From NCBI GenBank assembly GCA_024137785.1, contig JAHRHZ010000268.1, forward strand, positions 15,952,064-16,016,063: 64,000 bases of DNA, read 5' to 3'. Both the position numbers and the translations under genes were made by a program. The notes under the pieces were generated by a model that had not been told where the DNA came from, made no database searches, and saw nothing but the letters and a program-made list of their open reading frames with translations. Shown here one piece after another: positions 55,930 to 64,000 of the stretch. The number at the start of each line of letters is the position of its first letter. The first letter of the stretch is position 1. The DNA comes from Ginglymostoma cirratum. Lineage: Eukaryota.

Positions 55930-55995
55930 GTGGACTTTGGGAGCTGCAGTTTGTAGACATTGCCGGGGAGGGCGGGGACAGAGCCTGACGTCAGC
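55930..55995 (-). promoter_or_regulatory. Proximal promoter motif cluster: CRE palindrome TGACGTCA (55986-55993), GC box GGGCGG (55970-55975), ZNF143/SBS-like AAACTGCAGCTCCCAAAGTCC (minus, ~55932-55952)
   Basis: Motifs seen within 130 bp upstream of the start codon; function inferred. Confidence 0.55.
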
Positions 55996-56143
55996 CGTCA
56001 ATCAAACTGATCCCAGTCAAAATAGTTGGGGCTTTGCTTCTAATTCCCTCGGCCTCTACCCGCAACTCGAACCACGAACCCCCCCGGGCCTGAACTAGCC
56101 TTCAGAGTGAGAGCAAGAGCCCCAAATAACAGTATGGAGATAG

Positions 56144-56189
56144 TCCCCCCCCCCTCTCTCTCTCTCACACACACTATCTCTCTCTCTCT
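56144..56189. repeat. Poly-C / (CT)n / (CA)n tract upstream of exon 1
   Basis: Seen directly. Confidence 0.8.
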
Positions 56190-57744
56190 AACTGACTGCG
56201 GCAAATCTCCTTCAATTCTCACGTGTGGTTTTGCTGGAGACCTGTATCAATGACAGAGACAGAGAGAGACGCCGCTACATACACACAGTTCTCCGACCTC
56301 TACACGCTGGCTGAACACGTTCGCCACTGTCAAATCAACACAACGTTGGATATTTCTGCACTCTCTCCCCTTCATTTTTTAAAAGTCCCACCCCAGAGTT
56401 ATCATTTTAGGGACGGACACCAAGCATTTAGACACTAGCTGGTAACTGATTTGAGGGTGCAGGTTTGCAACATTTTGAGAGTAGCACGTGGGCAGTACAG
56501 AGAAAGACTTCTGCAGAGCTCCAGGGTTTGAGGTGGTCCCGTGCTCTCAGCGTTCAGTGTTTGGAATTGCACCATATGTTTCCATGTGCTCTTCGCTCAT
56601 TCTAATAGTTTCACCAATCGAATCATCCATGGCTTTAAGCCAATGCCAAAGACCAGTCCCTGGCCTCTTCCCAGGTGGGCAAAGCAAGACGTTCCACCAA
56701 TCCTCACCATCGGGATGTGTATTTTTTTCCCTGTATTGGCGCTTTCCTTCACGTTGTGCCTTATAAATATTTCAATCGTGTGTTATTGGAGTGACTGAAT
56801 ATCCCAACAATGGAGTTTCTTGCAGCAAGAACCGTACAATTGTACGATTGTATTAAACATTGGTATATTTCCAACACTGTGGGATTAATTGGGCATGCCA
56901 ATATGAATATCTGTTACATTTCGCTGGAGGTTGGTGTGTGGTGGCGGGTGTTGCTTTACAAACAACCAACCGGAGCAAAACATTAACCTCTCGTATAACT
57001 TTTCAGAAGTTGTTTCAATAATGTATTAAATCTCGGGCTCAGATGACTGGATCTAATGCCTGTTTCTCATCTCACCCAAACCTGTCTTCTCAGCTTGTCG
57101 TTTTGTGCCATTTCCGTCCAAGTGACGAATGATTCCCGTCGCGAAGTACAGACAAACAGACTCAGCTTTGCTGAAATAGCTACAACTGGATGGACGACAA
57201 CTGGTTTACTCGCCTTGCAACTGACCTGGCAGCGCCACCAAGTGGAATCGCTACAGCCCTTCGGGTTCAATACAGTTACGGGAAAGCAAACTCGCACTGC
57301 CCGGATTAGAACTTCAGGCTAACGAAAAGTTTGTGGATGAAAATTCAGTTCGAAGCGCTTTTCATTCACAGCAGACCGTGAAAACACAGAAACGAAACCT
57401 GCATTTTAACAAGCACCTATTCACGAACACGTGGCGAATGAATTGTAACAAAGCAAACCGTTACATTTTCTATTTAATACTGTGCAGTCATTTTTGGGTT
57501 CACCACAAATTACAACCGGCACATTTAAATCCAGCAGATACATCGAGACTGAATTTCTTGTCGGTGTAAACAGTTCATCTGCCAACCTGCAGAAAATTAT
57601 AAAATACCAAATGCCGTATTATGTAAAAAAAGTTACCACCATTTAATATTGTAAGTAGTTAGGGTGCAAAATATGGATCGTCTTCATGTGATATATTCAT
57701 TGGGATCGATTGAAGCCAACAGCAAAAAAATTGCAATCTAAATA

Positions 57745-58200
57745 AATAAACTGCTAACGCATTACACGGGATGGGAAACTTCAGTTATGAAGATAGATTG
57801 GAGAAGTTGGGATTGATTTCCTAGGAGACTGCAAAGAGGGAAATTTGACAGAAGTCTTCAAAACCATAAAGGTCAGTCCAGAATAGGGAAGAAGAAACTG
57901 TCCTACTCATGGAAGGATTGAAAACGAGAGGGCACAGGTTGAAAGTAATTTGCAAAAGAAGCAAATGGGATTTGAGAAAGATCTTTTCCACGCAGTGACT
58001 GGTTCAGACCCTGAAAGCACTACCTGGGAAGTGTAATGGAGACAGATTCAATGGAGGCATATAAGCGGACATTAAATGATTATTTAAATAGAAATAATAT
58101 GCAGGGTTATGAGGAGAAGGAGGGTAAATGGTATTAAATGATAATATTCATTCAGAGATCCAGACATGAAGTTCCTTCTGCAGTGTAACAATTCTGTGAT
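57745..58200 (+). mobile_element. CR1 LINE 3' end
   Basis: YEDRLEKLGLISL...TRGHRLK-like translation followed by a 3' UTR remnant. Confidence 0.7.
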
Positions 58201-61200
58201 TTTTAAACATATTCTCATTTACCAATTAAAGTCATTAATTGAATTTATCCATCCCAACTCAAAAGTGTTGAGACCCAACTTACTTCAGAATCTTAAGAAT
58301 ACAACCTTTAAACTAACCTGGAATTTAAACCCTAAAATTTTGTGTTTACAGTCCAAAAGATTTGCTGACTCTCTGAGGTGCTACTTTCTGGATATATGAT
58401 TAAATCAAGGCCCTTTGTCCTGGTTTAGCTGGATCCCATTCCAGGATATTATTCAAAAAGGAATATGTAACTGACCTGGCCTAAACTTCCACACATACAC
58501 CACCACCCATCCCCTTTAAGCAACACCCCTCCCTTATCCCAAACCACAGATTTACTGTCATTATTGGGATCTCACTGTGCACAACGTGGCTTCTTAGCAG
58601 TCAATGAATTAGAAATAAGTTGGTTGTGGCTTTCTTCAGAATCTTGCAGAGAAGTGTTTTGGAGATAAGACACTGCATATATACCAGTCTTTATTTATTG
58701 GTTTGGTCAAATAAAATTCAGGCACTAACATTTGCATTCAAATAACCACAGATTTGTCATTGCTGCTGCAGTTGTATATCTCCATTTAATTCATTTCAAT
58801 ATACCTGAAATTAATTATGACAGATTTTGGCATTAGTTTGAAGGAATTGTGTAAAGATTATCAGGTTAAGTATAAATATTCTTTTGTTGCAGTGTTCCTT
58901 TAGACTTTGTTATAGCAAGTCTAAGAGCAGTGGTGATGCTTGCTTTTTTGAAATTCTTCTTCACTCATTACTCTTCTAAATGCTGCTAACATCTTCCTAC
59001 TCACAGCTTTACATCTCCCCAGCAGATCAGTACCACCAGCCAATGACAGGCACCAGCCCAGCAGGAGGTTTTGTGTATGCGCAGGCCTCCCCCAGGCCCA
59101 TCCCTGAATATGGTTTCGGGATGAAAAGAGACACAGAAGTGTTTGCTTCAAAACGCAATCTCACAAACTCCAAAGTGTCAAATCAGTCACTTTATTCACT
59201 TCATGTTGTGCCCACTTGGCTATTTTACCACCTACTCACTTTGACCCTATAGTGTTTTATTCCCCGAACACATTCCAAGGTCTAATGAATGTAAGTACAG
59301 TTGTCCCATGGCACAGTTGTTGTTGCATCAGTTTTGCTGGTGAAAAGTTAGTTCCATTTTCAGCCATCACAGTTTCTCCACAGGGTTAAATAGTAATCTG
59401 TTTTTAAAAATATTTAGCTTGTTATAAATTTGAATAGTGTAGAAACAATATATGGTTATTCTGATTTATTTATAAATAATTCATGGTAAAAAGCTTCACA
59501 TTGTAGTATTGTACCATGTTCCCAATACAAAAGAAAACAAAGCAGTTTTTAAAAAATAGGTAACTAAATCTTAGACTGTCATTTTAAAGCTTTTTTTTCG
59601 TGCCCCACAGTTCTGTTTCTCCTTTCCCTCCACACTGCACTCCACACCAGAAAAATACATTGTCTTTATAAAAATGAAAAAGAATGGACTCGGTATTCTT
59701 AAACCAAACAAAAATAGAAACTGATAAATTAATTGCTTTCTAATATTATATGGAAAGCTTGAATCAAAAAATCTATTTGGCCAACACAATCATTACATCG
59801 ATAATTGACATTTTTTCCCACTATCGACCTTATGCAAATAATTTAATTTCTCTACTATGATCTATTCAATGTCCAAAAACAACTTGCTACAGTAAAATTT
59901 GTTTTTGGTATTGACATTTGGATAATAATGTCAACAAATCGCAACATTGGTTATAAAAGTTTGAGGATTTGGAAAACGATGATGAACTAATTATATGTTT
60001 TCTTTTAGCTAAAATTTACAATTGTCTGCAGTACAAGGGATACTAGATAAATAATTTAAAAATAGGATTTAACTGTACACTGCTAACAGAACTTACATAT
60101 GAACTTTGCTTAAGTGAGTTGGGCCTTGATGAGTGTGAGACTCCATAAGTATAATCTGGATGAGTGATCAGGATCTGTCAAGGTCTATAAACTTTGATAT
60201 ATCTCAGCTGGGTGCTTCGGTAAATTTGCTACTGTGCATATTTCAATTTGAATCAACAGTCTTTGGCAACTTCAATGTCGCTCTATTTGAAAATGTGCCT
60301 TTAAGTAATCTCATGTGTAACTGCGAGGACTTTTAATCATGCAAACCTCCATCAGTGCTCTAAAGTACAATTGTTTCAGAATTTTCTCCTCCTAACCTGT
60401 GGTGGCCCCCATCTACCTGCCCTATATCAATGCAGTCTTTTAAATCATTCAAGCATGTCATTATTCTAAGATGTTGAAACATATTTCTCTTTTACCCTCT
60501 TTCATACACTTTACTTCTGTCATGGTCTAATTCTGGCCTTGGGAATCATATCTTGAAAGTTTCTTTACACTCATATTTATTGTTATGATTTTCCAAGGTC
60601 ATTTTGAAAATTTAAATTTTGAAGAACTGAAGGTATATAATGGCAATTTATGCACAAAATACCTTTTGCAATCATTATTTATATAGATGCTTGGTTTATT
60701 TTATTTGCTAACATTGAAGAAATAAGAAACATTTAAAACACACTCAACTTCAGCTTTCTTTTTCTGTATTTGCCAAATCACAGATCAAGTAGTAAGTACA
60801 GATATTTTCAGTAGTTAAGTTTGGACCAGGAAGTGTGATAAGTAGGTAGTGAATTTCTCACCCACACAGAATGTTAGAGAGACTAATACCAAGATTTCCA
60901 ATGTGTTGTGTTTTGCAAAAAGAAAGCATACAAGTGCACTGTGTTGATAATAAAGATTAGAAGCTAAAAGGTACCATCTTTTGTGTTCTGTCAGTCCAAA
61001 CATAAACATGATAAAAATATATTTTTAGTGAACACAGTTTTTGTTCAGTTCAGTTATGCTTATAATCTACATCAGGCAGTCTATTAATTTGAAAAAAAAT
61101 GTCCATTAAGGAATAGAAACCATATGTAGGTTTGTTTGGTATAGCAACACAGATAAGTTTGACATGCCAATTTGTTATTTCAGATAATCAGCTTGACATG

Positions 61201-61781
61201 TCTCCAGGAAAAAAAATGAAGCTTTATTTATTTTTAATTCATTATGTTTAGATTTTTTATGTTTTGCAATCATCAAAACACTCTACAATATGTGATTTCA
61301 TTGTAAACAACACTTGTAAAATTTAAGTGTCTTCTTAGATAATTTAGTTTTAATATCATACCTTTAAATTAACAACCCAGAATATTGCTGTTTTAGAAAG
61401 TGTCCTGGCTTTGTAGGTTGCAGCAATTGCTTCTTTCTTTGTTTCTAACAAAACTTTTGAAACCAAACCAAAATATTAAGATTTTTTGTTTGCAAATTTC
61501 TCTTTGATTTCCAGTTTATTTTGCCTGGTCTATATTCTCCTTCATCTCCCAGCTAAGTTCATATAATTTCTAGGTGTTTAGTCAAGTACCAAAACAGAAC
61601 AGCTCCTGGTATTTCTATCACTACTGAAGTAACTTTGGACTCAAATTACTCACTTTTATTCCCTTTCATTTCTTGCATTTACTGAAATGTTAAAACACCA
61701 ATTTCTTAAAAGAAAATGATGCACAAATCCATGTTTGGCAGATTTTAAGTGAAATAGTTAAACCAACTGTTTAAAACCAGT

Positions 61782-61908
61782 GATAATAGGGACTGCAGAT
61801 GCTGGAGAATCCAAGATAACAAGGTGTGGAGCTGGATGAACACAGCAGGCCAAGCAGCATCAGAGGAGCAGGAAAGCTTGACGTTTTGGGCCTAGACCCT
61901 TCATCAGA
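61782..61908 (-). mobile_element. Single-arm Penelope-like family A insert with probable 9 bp TSD
   Basis: aaaaccagt at 61773-61781 and 61909-61917; minus-strand core CTGATGA-agggtctaggccc-AAAA-CGTC (GAAA box mutated). Confidence 0.8.
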
Positions 61909-64000
61909 AAAACCAGTACAGTCAAAGCTATGCAGGCAGATGGAGTTAACTTAATACTTAGTTTATTCTTGTTTGCAAATAGCCAGGAACAAGTGTGTAG
62001 ACATGGCCAAAGGATCTTAGGCATATATAATGGGAGAGATACTGATCACTGTAATGAGACATGGAAATATTTCTCTGACACAGTTACTGGTATTCTTCTG
62101 AGGTTTGGATTAACATGCATTGCCACGCCAGTACAAGAATTTTACCAAGTATTTGTTGCTGATATTATTGGGTCACATAATTTAAATAAAAATGACAACA
62201 TGAAATACATCAGAAGTGAAAATTTGCTTTTTTTTAAGGTAAGTGTTTTCCACTTTCCAAAAGAGTACAAGGAGCCAATGTTAAATAGGAATTTCAATGT
62301 CTTCACTGTGCTACTTAAAATTAGGAATTGCTCATATGTTGCTACAATATGTAGAATATTTTTGGTACTTGGTGCAATTGGTGAAGGTTGTTAGCGTAAT
62401 CAAGATTTTTCAGGTGATCACAGATTAATCTTTGCTCAATGATGAAAGAAAATCAAGGACATTAATAGATATTACCCGTATTTCACTGCAAATGTTGGAT
62501 TGGATCTGAGAAGTTGCTGTATTTAGTGTGTAATGCCATATCATGCACAAATGTATCCCCTTCATGTCTGAGGCTGTGTGTGATTTATTTAAGGTTGTTA
62601 AGCTGTACTGCATTAATTTATTCACTAATGTTCCACAGTTAGACAAGTCACAGAACAATCAGTAATGAGCTGTTTTCGAAATTGAGAAAATTGACAAGCA
62701 TTCTGTTGAAAAACATGGTGTGGTGCTCTCAGGTCAAAATACCAGATGAAGAGCTGATTGAATTTAGAATCTGGTGACAGGATGTATGAAAACCAAAAAA
62801 AAGCAGAAAAATGATAAATATAGCGAAACATAACCTGAAATAATGGTGATCAAACCTTTGGTACTGGTGCAGAATAAAAGCACAGTTTCCAGTATATTAT
62901 TGCCCTCATGATTCTTTTCTATATTTCCTCCTTGAGAACCACTCAATATTAAACATTCTTTTCACTTTAGAGAAACTGAGATGTTCAGTCAATCAAATTG
63001 AATGTAATAGCACCATCCCCAAGAGTTCCTTGAATTACAAGAACTGTGATCAAATATGAAGCAAATGTTTCTCTTTTTCGGGATCTTCGCTTCGTATTAT
63101 TTTGTGTAAAAAATACATTTCTGCAATATGTTGAAACAGAACAGTTCAAGCTCTGTTTTTTTTTATTTCGATAACAAAGCACACAAATGCATTCTGATGT
63201 GGTGACAGCAAGTAGCATGGCAGTATAATTGCCTTGAATGTTCTTGGTTTGCATTGCAGATTTTGTTTTTGGGCTATTTTGGTAAGGAATATTTTGTGAA
63301 AGTTACCACAATTGTGCTTTCCTTAAAAAAGAGTGAGAAATAAAATCTTTAGTCAAGGAGAAAAGCTTCAGGCAAATTTGTGGAAAATACACATTGTTGC
63401 AGTTGCTGAGGTTTTTGGTCTTCCATTGTACTTACGCTCCACCTGTATTGTTGCAAGATTGTTACTCCGTTGAAATAATCCCTATGTAATTGTGGGACTG
63501 CGCAACATCTGGTGGATCCAGCATCTTCCTTATAAGTGACTGTCACCATTGGTCAAAAGATAAATGTACTCAAGCACATAAGGCTGCGCAATCATAAAGA
63601 TCGTGTTAGGAAGCGCAAGAAGAAGCAGCAATGCTTAGTTGTATGGGCCAATGGAAGTGAACTTTATTTAATATCAGGGGTGCAATACATAAAGCAAAGC
63701 TACGCCAGGGATTGACACGCTGCGGGTGATGCTGACATCTTGGACATCTTGTCGCATCAGCGCTGTTGTTTTTCACCATTTGTGTCACTGTTCTGATTGA
63801 TTACTTTTGGTCCTTCACCATTATATCTATGAGAAGTTCTCTTCTTCCCTCACATTTTTTGTTTCACTTGTGTCTATGCTGCAGATGGCATCAACCCACA
63901 CATCTGCATTGTTTACAACCCACATAACATGCCACTAGCCTCCCATGCTCCCACTGGGGCAGTAAGATTCCTTAAACTTTTCTGTTATTCAAATTCGTGC

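Larger units (their letters stand above)
52600..57550. promoter_or_regulatory. CpG/GC-rich island spanning the promoter and exons 1-2 (boundaries approximate)
   Basis: Visibly higher GC and CpG density than the CpG-depleted remainder of the window. Confidence 0.75.

Noticed and set aside
53779-56800. Many overlapping 60-120 aa ORFs around exons 1-2
   Set aside because: Expected in GC-rich CpG-island DNA; no recognisable domains
61930-62394. 154 aa ORF upstream of the gene
   Set aside because: No recognisable motif, AT-rich codon content, no supporting gene structure

Overview
Eukaryotic, AT-rich vertebrate genomic DNA. The repeat content suggests a cartilaginous fish (shark); this is inferred, not proven. 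The window holds the 5' part of an EphA-type receptor tyrosine kinase gene on the minus strand, most like EPHA4. Five coding exons were read directly from the sequence, all with GT-AG junctions and a continuous frame: 55867-55777, 54115-54048, 51072-50409, 11144-10989 and 5023-4688 (1315 nt; signal peptide, ephrin-binding domain, Cys-rich region, first FN3). The gene runs off the left edge. A CpG-rich promoter surrounds exon 1. Nearly all other ORFs in the track are noise or decayed retroelements (CR1, L2, tRNA-SINE, DeuSINE, Penelope GIY-YIG). Three observations stand out. (1) Small fold-back Penelope-like inserts from three distinct sequence families carry minimal hammerhead-ribozyme cores (CTGANGA-stem-GAAA-CG-TH) and sit between 14-16 bp target-site duplications. 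(2) One such insert lies inside a recent ~409 bp inverted duplication. (3) A tRNA-headed SINE body runs directly into a LINE endonuclease reading frame.
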